From contig DAIRFP010000002.1 in NCBI GenBank assembly GCA_036794995.1, positions 2,744 to 57,817 of the forward strand: a stretch of DNA of 55,074 bases, in the 5' to 3' direction. The position numbers and the translations under genes are program-made. Below are positions 8,972 through 17,768 of this stretch, piece after piece. The DNA comes from Thermodesulfobacteriota bacterium (GTDB lineage: Bacteria > Desulfobacterota > Binatia > UBA9968). Position 1 is the first letter of the stretch. Each line of letters opens with the position of its first letter. A model generated the notes under the pieces. It was not told the DNA's origin. It saw nothing but the letters and a program-made list of their open reading frames with translations, and did not search any database.

Positions 8972-10726
8972 GTGGATAGCAAAGCACTAGAGGCAGAAAC
9001 GACGGCGGTCGCGCCGCTGGCCGAAGCGGGACCCTCTCATTTTATCCGGAGCATCGTCACTGAAGATCTCAAGCAAGGTAAGAACCAGGGACGTGTTCAC
9101 ACGCGTTTCCCGCCGGAGCCGAACGGTTATCTCCATATTGGTCACGCTAAGTCCATCTGTTTAAATTTTGGTCTGGCGGGCGATTTTGGTGGTCTCTGCA
9201 ATTTGCGATTCGACGATACCAATCCGAGCAGGGAAGACGTTGAGTATGTCGAATCGATCAAAAGAGACGTTTGTTGGTTGGGTTTCACCTGGGATAATCG
9301 AGAATTTTTCGCGTCGGATTACTTTGAGCAGCTCTATCAGTTTGCGCTTCGGTTGATCAAAGCAGGCAAGGCCTATGTTTGCGATTTAAATGCTGATCAA
9401 CTTCGCGAGTACCGTGGAACCTTGACCGAGCCAGGCAAAAACAGTCCACACCGAGAAAGATCCATTGAAGAGAATTTGGCACTGTTCGAACGCATGAAGG
9501 CAGGAGAGTTCTCCGACGGCGCCCGAACGCTCCGGGCGAAGATCGACATGGCCGCGCCGAACCTCAACATGCGAGATCCGGTGATGTACCGCATCCTTCA
9601 CGCGACCCATCACCGCACCGGCGATCAATGGTGTATTTATCCGACTTATGACTTTGCTCATGGTCAGTCGGATTCGATAGAAGGGATCACGCACTCGATT
9701 TGCACGTTAGAGTTCGAAGATCACCGGCCGTTGTACGACTGGTATCTTGAGCAATTGGCAATCCATCATCCGCAGCAGCTTGAGTTTGCCCGCCTGAACC
9801 TCACCTATACCGTATTAAGCAAACGAAAACTGTTACAATTGGTGAAGCAGGGTCATGTCAGTGGATGGGACGATCCGAGAATGCCCACCTTGGCGGGTTT
9901 TCGAAGACGTGGCTATACTCCGGAAGCCATTCGAAACTTTTGTGAGCGCATCGGTGTGGCGAAACGGAATAGTATCGTAGATATCGCCATGCTGGAGCAC
10001 TCTCTGCGGGAGGACTTGAACAAGCGCGCCCCTCGGGTTATGGCGGTTTTGCGACCGCTGAAGGTTGTCATCGATAACTATCCTGAGGATCAGGTTGAGG
10101 AACTTGACGCGGTGAACAATCCCGAAGATCCAGGTATGGGGACGAGGAAAGTCACCTTTTCTCGAGAGATCTATATCGAGCAGGACGATTTTCGTGAGGA
10201 TCCACCCAAAGGATTTTTTCGACTCTCACCCGGTCGCGAAGTGCGCCTGCGGTATGCTTACATCGTCAAGTGTCTCGGCGTGGTTAAGGACCCCGATGGA
10301 GCAGTAAAGGAAATTCACTGTAGCTATGACCCCGAAACGAAAAGCGGATCATCTCAAAGCGGTCGCAAGGTGAAAGCGACGATCCACTGGGTCTCGGCGG
10401 TGCACTCTGTGCCGGCTGAAGCGCGCCTGTACGACCACCTTTTCATTAGGGAGGATCCGGATGAGGCGCCGCCGGGGGTGGATTGGACGACCAATTTAAA
10501 CCCACAGTCGCTGGAAAGGTTGACGGTCTGCCGGGTCGAGCCGTTTTTAACGAATGCAAAGGCGGGAGAACACTACCAGTTCGAAAGGCTGGGCTATTTC
10601 TGTGTAGACAACGTCGATTCCTCTTCTGAACATTTGGTGTTTAACCGAACCGTAACGTTAAGGGATACGTGGGCGAAAATTGCGCGGAATGAATCGACGC
10701 CGAACCGTCAAAAGCGAACGAGATAA
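8972..10726 (+). CDS. glnS: Glutamine--tRNA ligase
   Basis: [18 protein letters not shown] (HIGH motif), VLSKRKL (KMSKS-type motif), 584 aa, GTG start. Divergent from gltX. Confidence 0.95.
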   Translation: MDSKALEAETTAVAPLAEAGPSHFIRSIVTEDLKQGKNQGRVHTRFPPEPNGYLHIGHAKSICLNFGLAGDFGGLCNLRFDDTNPSREDVEYVESIKRDVCWLGFTWDNREFFASDYFEQLYQFALRLIKAGKAYVCDLNADQLREYRGTLTEPGKNSPHRERSIEENLALFERMKAGEFSDGARTLRAKIDMAAPNLNMRDPVMYRILHATHHRTGDQWCIYPTYDFAHGQSDSIEGITHSICTLEFEDHRPLYDWYLEQLAIHHPQQLEFARLNLTYTVLSKRKLLQLVKQGHVSGWDDPRMPTLAGFRRRGYTPEAIRNFCERIGVAKRNSIVDIAMLEHSLREDLNKRAPRVMAVLRPLKVVIDNYPEDQVEELDAVNNPEDPGMGTRKVTFSREIYIEQDDFREDPPKGFFRLSPGREVRLRYAYIVKCLGVVKDPDGAVKEIHCSYDPETKSGSSQSGRKVKATIHWVSAVHSVPAEARLYDHLFIREDPDEAPPGVDWTTNLNPQSLERLTVCRVEPFLTNAKAGEHYQFERLGYFCVDNVDSSSEHLVFNRTVTLRDTWAKIARNESTPNRQKRTR

Positions 10727-10728
10727 TT

Positions 10729-12036
10729 CTAGAAACGATAGCCAATTGAAATTGTGACAAGGTTGTTGAAAGTCTCATACTTGTCTTTTCCCGGTGCGCC
10801 GGCATAGAAAAGCGGGGCGGTTGCCGGGAGGCCTTCCAATTCATCATTGGTTACCCTTCTGGTTTTGTAGAAAACGGCCATATAACCGAGATCGACAGAA
10901 AATTTCTCCCATTTGTAGCCTACACCAGCGTTCAAAGTGAGCTTGTCTGCGTCTGGTATTGCCGGATTCAGCGTCTTGTTCGGAATCGGCGCTTGCTCGA
11001 GAGCCATACCTCCTCGTAGTTCCCAATTCTGATTTAGTGCGTAATAGCCGCCTAGCCTGACGGTGCTGGTGTTCCTCCAATCTTGGGGTAACTTGAACCC
11101 AGGAATTGGAGCACCCAGTGGAAGGAAGATGGTAGCAGGCGAAAACGTCGCTGTGAAATTTTTGAATTCGCTCCACCGCGTATACTCATAGACGACCTCC
11201 GCTCCCCCACTGGGCGTGATTTGCCAAAATAGACCAACATTGATGACCGGAGGGAGAGGTAATGGGCTGACACTAGCCTCCACCGTCGAGGCCGAGAAGG
11301 AGCCGGCAAACTTTGCGGTGGCGTTATCGAATCGAAGGTCAACTCTTGATCTGTAGCTAAACCCAAACTTGAGATTGTCCGTGGGCTTAACCAGTACGCC
11401 GAGATTATAGGCGAAGGCGTCGGCTGTGTCGCTGATCCGGACTTTTCCTTCGAGCCCTAAAGGCTGCGTACAACCCGAAATGGGGTCAAGGCACAATGCT
11501 CTAGAAAAAACTCCCGAAGCATGAACGAAGCTCAATCCGACGCCCAAGGAAAAGTAATTTGATGGACTCCAAGACAAAGCTGGCGTGACATAGAGCGTCT
11601 TTAGTTTGGTGTCGATCGCGGCAAAGCGTGTGAAAGCATCGCTGTCATACTCTGTCGCAAGCCCGAATGGAGCATAAGTGCCTATTCCGAATGTGAAATC
11701 AGACCCGGGGACGTGATAGTTGGCAAACAGGCTGGCCAAAAAGTTATCGTCATGATTATTTCGAGACTTCCTCCCGCTATTCTCCACGCTGTTGACGACG
11801 TTGATATAGGTTCCACTTGTCAAAATATTGTCGCCATTTATCGCGCTTAAAGCGGCGGGGTTGTAATACACTGCCGATGCGTCATTGACTCCAGCAGTCA
11901 TCGCATTGGAAAGCCCAAGGCCTCGGGCCGTTTGATGAGGGATCATGTATCCGCCAGCGAAGACGTCTATTGGTGTTGCAACCCGCATCAATATTGCCCC
12001 AAAAACCCCAAGAAATACTACACATTTCCTGACCAT
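10729..12036 (-). CDS. Outer-membrane transport protein, FadL/OmpP1/TodX family
   Basis: Signal peptide MVRKCVVFLGVFGAILMRVATPIDVFA. Alternating beta-strand pattern with a C-terminal GYRF. The start was moved to the ATG at 12036, which has GGAG 5 nt upstream. Confidence 0.75.
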   Translation of the reverse strand: MVRKCVVFLGVFGAILMRVATPIDVFAGGYMIPHQTARGLGLSNAMTAGVNDASAVYYNPAALSAINGDNILTSGTYINVVNSVENSGRKSRNNHDDNFLASLFANYHVPGSDFTFGIGTYAPFGLATEYDSDAFTRFAAIDTKLKTLYVTPALSWSPSNYFSLGVGLSFVHASGVFSRALCLDPISGCTQPLGLEGKVRISDTADAFAYNLGVLVKPTDNLKFGFSYRSRVDLRFDNATAKFAGSFSASTVEASVSPLPLPPVINVGLFWQITPSGGAEVVYEYTRWSEFKNFTATFSPATIFLPLGAPIPGFKLPQDWRNTSTVRLGGYYALNQNWELRGGMALEQAPIPNKTLNPAIPDADKLTLNAGVGYKWEKFSVDLGYMAVFYKTRRVTNDELEGLPATAPLFYAGAPGKDKYETFNNLVTISIGYRF

Positions 12037-12125
12037 TGCCGCTCCTTTAATAAGCTTGACTAGCGAGCACAACTCTTATATATCGATGCCAAACATCGTC
12101 AAAGGCTGCCATACAGGAGCGAATA

Positions 12126-12317
12126 ATGCAAGAAATTTTATTGACCACGGAACAGCTAGCGAAATACCTGAAGGTTGATAAGTTTACTGTTTATCGCTTG
12201 GTAAGTCAGAAGAAGATTCCTGCTTTTAGGGTGGGTAGCCAATGGCGGTATAAAAAAAAGTTGGTCGATGAATGGTTGAAAAGAAACTCGAATTTACAAG
12301 ACTCGGGGGCCACATGA
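12126..12317 (+). CDS. Small helix-turn-helix DNA-binding protein (excisionase/MerR-like HTH_17 type)
   Basis: 63 aa. LLTTEQLAKYLKVDKFTVYRLVSQKKIPAFRVGSQWRY matches the excisionase-family HTH pattern. Confidence 0.7.
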   Translation: MQEILLTTEQLAKYLKVDKFTVYRLVSQKKIPAFRVGSQWRYKKKLVDEWLKRNSNLQDSGAT

Positions 12318-12453
12318 TTCTAAGTGCTTTTTCTCACCGGAACGTGCGTCAATTTGCCAAACATTAGGGAAGGTTCTGCGAAATTAAGATTGTCAATCGG
12401 TTGGGTGTGGATGAAAAATGTGACTGACTCAGCGGCTGTTTTTAGGATGTAGC

Positions 12454-13710
12454 ATGGGCAATCATCATAAGAGGAGAGTAGCAATTACGGGTCTCGGGAT
12501 TCTCTCGTCTGTGGGCATTGGCAAAGAGGTATTTTGGCAGTCGATCAAGAATGGTTGGTCTGGAATCAAACCTATTACATTGTTCAACGCAGAGACATTC
12601 CCGGTGCAAATGGCTGGAGAAATCAGAGAGTTTGATCCTCAACTTTTTTTCCCAAGAGAGTTTGCCCGTCGTCTAGACCGCTTCGCCCTTATGGGGCTGG
12701 CGGCTACTAAACTGGCGTTGCAAGATGCTAATCTGCCAATGCAATTTAGGAATCAAGACGGTGACAGAACTTGTGTTCGGATAGGTACCGTGATCGGAGC
12801 CTTGAGCCACGCTGAAGAAACACACTCTTTATTTATAGAGAAGGGAACCAAACGGATTCACCCGTACTTTAGCAGTTTAGTTTTACCTAGCTCACTTGCC
12901 TCCCAAATCGGTATCATGTGTGGGATTCATGGATCAATTTCGACAACGGTTACTGCGTGTGCTTCTGGTACGTCTGCTATCGGGGAAGCGTTTCGACTTG
13001 TTCGATCAGGAGACTTCGAAGTCGCGATTGCAGGGGCCGCTGAGGCTCCCATTACGCCATTGATAATAGCATCTTTTTCATCGCTGGGTCTCTTGGCCAC
13101 GAATCACTCCGACCCATCAAGAGCGTGTCGGCCTTTCAGCATCGACAGAAGCGGAATTGTGCTAGCCGAAGGTGCTGCTGTTGTGATCTTGGAAGAACTC
13201 GGTCGGGCAGTGGAGAATGGACGTAAAATCTACGGCGAAGTGCTTGGATATGGTGAAAGCTTTGATGGCTACCATACGCATCATCCGTTACCGTCAGCTG
13301 AGTATTGTGCCAAAGCGATCTCTAATGCTCTAAAGGACGCTTCAGTTCAACCTGAGGATGTAGACTATATAAATCCCCACGGGAGTGCATCGCTGCTCAA
13401 TGACAAAACGGAAACCCTAGCGATTAAGAAAGTTTTTGGGGATCATGCCTATAAACTGTCGGCAAGTTCGACCAAATCGATGATCGGCCACACGTTAGGT
13501 GCTTGTGGTGCTTTAGAATTTGTTGCCTGCGCTCTAATGTTAGACCATCAATACCTTCATCCGACAATAAATCTGATCAATCCGGATCCTGAGTGTGATC
13601 TGGACTTTATCCCCATTATTGGGCGGCCAGAGTCGGCAAATCGAATACTCTCAGTCTCAAGCGGGTTCGGCGGTTATAATGCTGCTTGTTTAATTGGGAA
13701 AGTCGGATAA
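12454..13710 (+). CDS. Beta-ketoacyl synthase, KAS II (FabF)-like, stand-alone
   Basis: RRVAITGLGILSSVG is at the N-terminus. The active-site Cys is in TACASGTSAIG. The two catalytic His are in NPHGSAS and KSMIGHTLGACGA. AGGA lies 5 nt before the ATG. Confidence 0.85.
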   Translation: MGNHHKRRVAITGLGILSSVGIGKEVFWQSIKNGWSGIKPITLFNAETFPVQMAGEIREFDPQLFFPREFARRLDRFALMGLAATKLALQDANLPMQFRNQDGDRTCVRIGTVIGALSHAEETHSLFIEKGTKRIHPYFSSLVLPSSLASQIGIMCGIHGSISTTVTACASGTSAIGEAFRLVRSGDFEVAIAGAAEAPITPLIIASFSSLGLLATNHSDPSRACRPFSIDRSGIVLAEGAAVVILEELGRAVENGRKIYGEVLGYGESFDGYHTHHPLPSAEYCAKAISNALKDASVQPEDVDYINPHGSASLLNDKTETLAIKKVFGDHAYKLSASSTKSMIGHTLGACGALEFVACALMLDHQYLHPTINLINPDPECDLDFIPIIGRPESANRILSVSSGFGGYNAACLIGKVG

Positions 13711-13719
13711 TAGATACCA

Positions 13720-15888
13720 GTGTCCTGGTATACCTTCAATTACCTTCTCGGAGCCTTTTCTTCTCTAATCGCGGGAGTATTTGTCCTCTATCGGGGCGAA
13801 ACAAGAGCGCCAACTAGAAGGACTTGGTGCATTTTGTGTGTGTCAATCAGTCTCTGGCATGCTGGTCGTTTTTTGATGGCCTATGCTACGTTCGAACCTC
13901 TTGCAGAAAACGCCATTTATCTGATCTATGCCGGAGCGATTTTCGTGCCGCCATCTTACCTGCATTTCATTTTATCCTTACTGGATGAGCAACGAGAGGC
14001 TCGTGCTTTTTGGATTGCAGGTTATCTCATGGCCGTCGGACAACTGTGTCTTTTGGCAGGTGGTTGGCTGATTGAGGGAGTAAAATACTATCCTATAATT
14101 GGCTTTTATGAAGTTCCGACAAAGCTCTACTGGTTATATGTCGCCAGTTACGTCGTTCTCCCGAGTTTCGCGTTTTTCAAGCTGGTTGTAGCGTTTCGTC
14201 GAACGGACGCTGTCGTCAAGAGAAATCAATTCAAGTACGTGATCTATTCAAGCCTGATAGGTTTCCTCCTCGGAGGAACTTCATTTTTTCCTTTTTTTAC
14301 TCCCGTCGTGCCGCCGTTTGCGGGTCCACTAGTTTACTTTTACACGTTGCCTATCACCTATGCGGTCGCACGCTACCGGTTAATGGATATTGACGTAATT
14401 ATCAAGAAAAGCGTGATTTATGCGTTACTACTGTTGGCCCTCTTGATCCCTTGTTTCCTCGTAGTCGTTTGGGGGCAAATGCTTGCTTTTGACGCGATCA
14501 ACTACTCCTTCTCCATGTCCACTCTTTTGTTGTTTATTATCGTGGGCTTCTTGTTTCCGAAGATTCGATTCAGGACCGAAGAAGCGTTAGAGAGGGCTCT
14601 CTTTCAGAAGCGCGTTGATCATCGAGAAACCCTCGTTCGCTCCAGCAGGGAGATGGTATCCATCGTCGATATCGAGCACCTGTCGGATAGCCTGATCAGG
14701 ACTGTAGCACGTGCGCTGGGGACTGAAAAAGCATCTTTGTATTTGTTGGAAGAACCCAAAGGCGTCTATAATCTTAAGGCTCGCATAGGCGTAGAGAAGG
14801 AACAATACGAAGAAGGCACTCTCCTCCGGGATGATCCGATTATTCAAGAACTTCAGAATAATCGGGAGGGTATCGTTAAGGAGGAGCTTGAGATCGCCCG
14901 TAAGGACACGGGCACGCAAAGAGCTGTGGAAAGAATGCGCAGGCTCGAAGCGGAAATTAGCGTGCCTATCTTGTCCAAGGGAAAGTTAATAGGAATTCTG
15001 AATCTCGGTCACAAAGAAGAAAAAGAGATCTATTCAGGCGAAGATCTGGAACTTCTTTCCACTTTGGCGAACCAGGCAGCCATTGCTATCGAAAACGCAC
15101 GACTGTATGAGAACCTGAAGCAATCACAGGCCACCCTCCGGCGTGCAGACCGCCTTTCTTCCTTGGGTCTGCTCACTGCCGGGTTAGCACACGAAATTCG
15201 AAATCCCTTAGTGGCTATCCGTACTTTCACGCAGCTTTTGCCTGAGCGTTACGACGATGCAGAGTTTCGTGAGGGATTTCAAGGACTTGCCCTCAAAGAG
15301 GTGGATCGCATTTGTGGCCTGATCAACGACCTGCTGAGTTTTGCGCGGCCATCGCGCCCCAACGTTGCAGAGGAAAACATGAATGACGTTGTCGATGGTA
15401 TCGCACGCATTCTGGAGACGGAAGCCAAGGAAAAAGGCGTTGAGATTACAAGGGATTTTGGCACAAAGCTCCCCAAGGTCTGGATTGACAGAGAGCAAAT
15501 GAAGCAGGTATTTATGAACCTGATACTTAACGCCATTCAGGCGATGAAAGAGGGTGGTTCAATCTTCATATCCACACGACTTACTGCCAAAGACGAAGCA
15601 GCGAACTCAGGCCAATTTGTTCAGGTCGAGGTCCGTGATACAGGGGTAGGGATTCCAGCGGATAACCTGGATCACATTTTCGACCCGTTTTTTACGAGCA
15701 AGGATGAAGGCAGCGGCTTGGGGCTTTCTATCTCTCATCAAATTGTTCAGGAGCATGGGGGGTATGTCACTGTCGCAAGTAAAGTCGGGGTCGGAACGAC
15801 ATTTCTTATAAATTTACCGGTCGGCAAGCCGATTCGTCAATTAGGCAACGGGCGCGCTCATGCAAACCAAGCGAATCTTAGTCATTGA
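13720..15888 (+). CDS. Sensor histidine kinase: N-terminal multi-TM (HisKA_7TM-like) domain, GAF, HisKA, HATPase
   Basis: About 9 hydrophobic segments ending in ARYRLMDIDV. A GAF-like region (LGTEKASLYLL...GKLIGILNLGHK) follows. H-box LAHEIRNPLVAIRTF, N-box LILNAIQAM, VRDTGVGI, GSGLGLSI. GTG start. Confidence 0.85.
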   Translation: MSWYTFNYLLGAFSSLIAGVFVLYRGETRAPTRRTWCILCVSISLWHAGRFLMAYATFEPLAENAIYLIYAGAIFVPPSYLHFILSLLDEQREARAFWIAGYLMAVGQLCLLAGGWLIEGVKYYPIIGFYEVPTKLYWLYVASYVVLPSFAFFKLVVAFRRTDAVVKRNQFKYVIYSSLIGFLLGGTSFFPFFTPVVPPFAGPLVYFYTLPITYAVARYRLMDIDVIIKKSVIYALLLLALLIPCFLVVVWGQMLAFDAINYSFSMSTLLLFIIVGFLFPKIRFRTEEALERALFQKRVDHRETLVRSSREMVSIVDIEHLSDSLIRTVARALGTEKASLYLLEEPKGVYNLKARIGVEKEQYEEGTLLRDDPIIQELQNNREGIVKEELEIARKDTGTQRAVERMRRLEAEISVPILSKGKLIGILNLGHKEEKEIYSGEDLELLSTLANQAAIAIENARLYENLKQSQATLRRADRLSSLGLLTAGLAHEIRNPLVAIRTFTQLLPERYDDAEFREGFQGLALKEVDRICGLINDLLSFARPSRPNVAEENMNDVVDGIARILETEAKEKGVEITRDFGTKLPKVWIDREQMKQVFMNLILNAIQAMKEGGSIFISTRLTAKDEAANSGQFVQVEVRDTGVGIPADNLDHIFDPFFTSKDEGSGLGLSISHQIVQEHGGYVTVASKVGVGTTFLINLPVGKPIRQLGNGRAHANQANLSH

Positions 15889-17749
15889 AGAGTCCGAAGT
15901 GGTACGAGAGACTCTGGCGCTAATTCTGGGGCGGGAGTTTCTGGTCGCAAAGAGACCCTTTGGAAGAGGGGCATTCTCGTTCGCGGATACTGACCGCGAT
16001 GTGGATCTGTTGATTCTTGGAGTGACACCGGCGATTGGGAAGGAGCCATCTAGCCTTTTGAAGTTTGCCGACAAGGCCCCATTCGCGGTTTTGTTTCTTG
16101 TGGATTCGAAATCTGCGGCAAGGGCAATCGAGGATCGAGAAAGGGTGGGTTGCTTAGCGAAACCGTTTAGTCCCTATGAGTTGAAAGAAAAAGTGGGACA
16201 ACTGTTAGCCCGCCGAGACATTCTACCCAAGGCGCTGTCCCATTCCCTTGGAGAAACTCAAAGAGAGTTTGCCCGGTACATTGAGTTCCCTTACCTCCCG
16301 CGAGCCGCGTCCGGGTTGGCCCATCGGTTTGCGGCAACGCAGCTCCCCATTTTAATATCAGGGGAGATTGGCTGCGGTCAGGAGCGCGTCGCCCGCGCCA
16401 TACATTCCATAGCGGCTGGTTTGGGTAGTTGCGTCTTACTAAACGCAGCTCAGATCAACCCCACCTATTTGGACCAAAAAAGCCTTCAACTCTCATGGAC
16501 TCGGGGAAGCGAAGCGGCCCCGATAACCTTGTTGATCGAGAACGTTGATCGGCTTACCTTATCCGGCCAAGCGGAACTTTTGAATTTCATAGAACACGAA
16601 GAATACAAGTTCGGTAAGTGCCGTCTTCTTACAACGGCCCGATTGGATATTTTGGAAAAGGTTTATCGGGGCGAGTTACTGGAGGCCCTTTACTATAAAG
16701 TGGCCACTTTAGAATTGACCCTTCGACCGCTGAGAGAGCGGCGCGAGGATGTGCCGGCCATTGCCCGTTGGTTCTGCCAGTTTTATGCCGAGCATCTAGG
16801 TTTAGGGGAAGTTGATTTTTCAGCGGCTGCCAACGAGCGTCTCCGCAATTACCTTTGGTTCGGAAACGTAAACGAAATGGAGACGGTTATCGCCCGAACA
16901 CTGGCCTTACAACGGAAACGCCGGATCGAAGCAGCAGATTTGATATTCGATTTTTCCGTTGCAGGAGTTTCGGAGCTGCCTGAATTCGAGAGGGATATAC
17001 CGTCGAATGCTCAAGCAGAAATCAATGTGGGAGCGGCCAAGGGGCTGACCCCGCCCCGCGATGGGCAACAAAATCAAGCTGGTTTAGGGAATAGTAGTAG
17101 CAAGCGTGAGGACCTAAATATTCTGATCCACCAACTTGCCCATGAGCTTAAGAACCCGATGGTTACGATCAAAACCTTCGCGCAGCTGCTCAGCGACCGA
17201 TACCAGGATGAAAATTTCCGGGAGCGTTTCCAGGACGTCGTAGGCGGCGATATTGAGCGGATGGACGAATTGCTCGAGGTCATGATTGAGTTTGCCGACT
17301 TCGCGCAGCCACATTTGAGCAAAGTGCCGTTATCGGAAAAACTTCGTTCGGCTTTGGATGAGGTTACCAAAGAATTTTCCCAGCGGCAGGCGCAGATTCT
17401 CTGGAAAGGCCACAGCTACAGCCGTGAAATCAAGGCCGACGAAACTCAGGTTACGTACGTTTTCAAAAACGTGTTGCTGGCTGTCTTAGCGCAGGCAAGA
17501 ATGGGAAGTGAAATCGAGATCGACGTGGGGAAACAAGGTTGTATTGTGATCTCTTATTCTCGTGAAGTAGCGCGGGTGGCGTCAATCACTCACTATTTCG
17601 ATAAATCGTCTTCCAGCGCGAACGAAAGCGTATTACCCTTACGTATCTTACTGGCAAAACAGTTGGTGGAACGTAACGGTGGAGATATGACTCTCGATTT
17701 CTCGGACACCGAGAAAGATATTTTAAGAATGGAGTTCCCGATTGCTTGA
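15860..17749 (+). CDS. Degenerate receiver / degenerate sigma54-type AAA+ / HisKA(DHp) / degenerate HATPase fusion protein
   Basis: The receiver-like N-terminus lacks the phospho-Asp (LLILGV where the neighbouring activator has VLLDIV). Walker A is GEIGCGQE versus GESGTGKE in the neighbouring activator. No GAFTGA loop is present. Walker B is LLIENV versus LFLDEI. The C-terminus has an intact H-box (LAHELKNPMVTIKTF), but no clear G1 or G2 boxes. It overlaps the upstream kinase gene by 29 nt. Confidence 0.7.
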   Translation: MQTKRILVIEESEVVRETLALILGREFLVAKRPFGRGAFSFADTDRDVDLLILGVTPAIGKEPSSLLKFADKAPFAVLFLVDSKSAARAIEDRERVGCLAKPFSPYELKEKVGQLLARRDILPKALSHSLGETQREFARYIEFPYLPRAASGLAHRFAATQLPILISGEIGCGQERVARAIHSIAAGLGSCVLLNAAQINPTYLDQKSLQLSWTRGSEAAPITLLIENVDRLTLSGQAELLNFIEHEEYKFGKCRLLTTARLDILEKVYRGELLEALYYKVATLELTLRPLRERREDVPAIARWFCQFYAEHLGLGEVDFSAAANERLRNYLWFGNVNEMETVIARTLALQRKRRIEAADLIFDFSVAGVSELPEFERDIPSNAQAEINVGAAKGLTPPRDGQQNQAGLGNSSSKREDLNILIHQLAHELKNPMVTIKTFAQLLSDRYQDENFRERFQDVVGGDIERMDELLEVMIEFADFAQPHLSKVPLSEKLRSALDEVTKEFSQRQAQILWKGHSYSREIKADETQVTYVFKNVLLAVLAQARMGSEIEIDVGKQGCIVISYSREVARVASITHYFDKSSSSANESVLPLRILLAKQLVERNGGDMTLDFSDTEKDILRMEFPIA

Positions 17750-17768
17750 ATTAGAAAAGAAGCGAGAT

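Noticed and set aside
10724-10731. Convergent glnS and porin genes with stop codons only 2 nt apart and no terminator hairpin.
   Set aside because: This was observed directly, but tight convergent ends are common in compact genomes and nothing further distinguishes the site.
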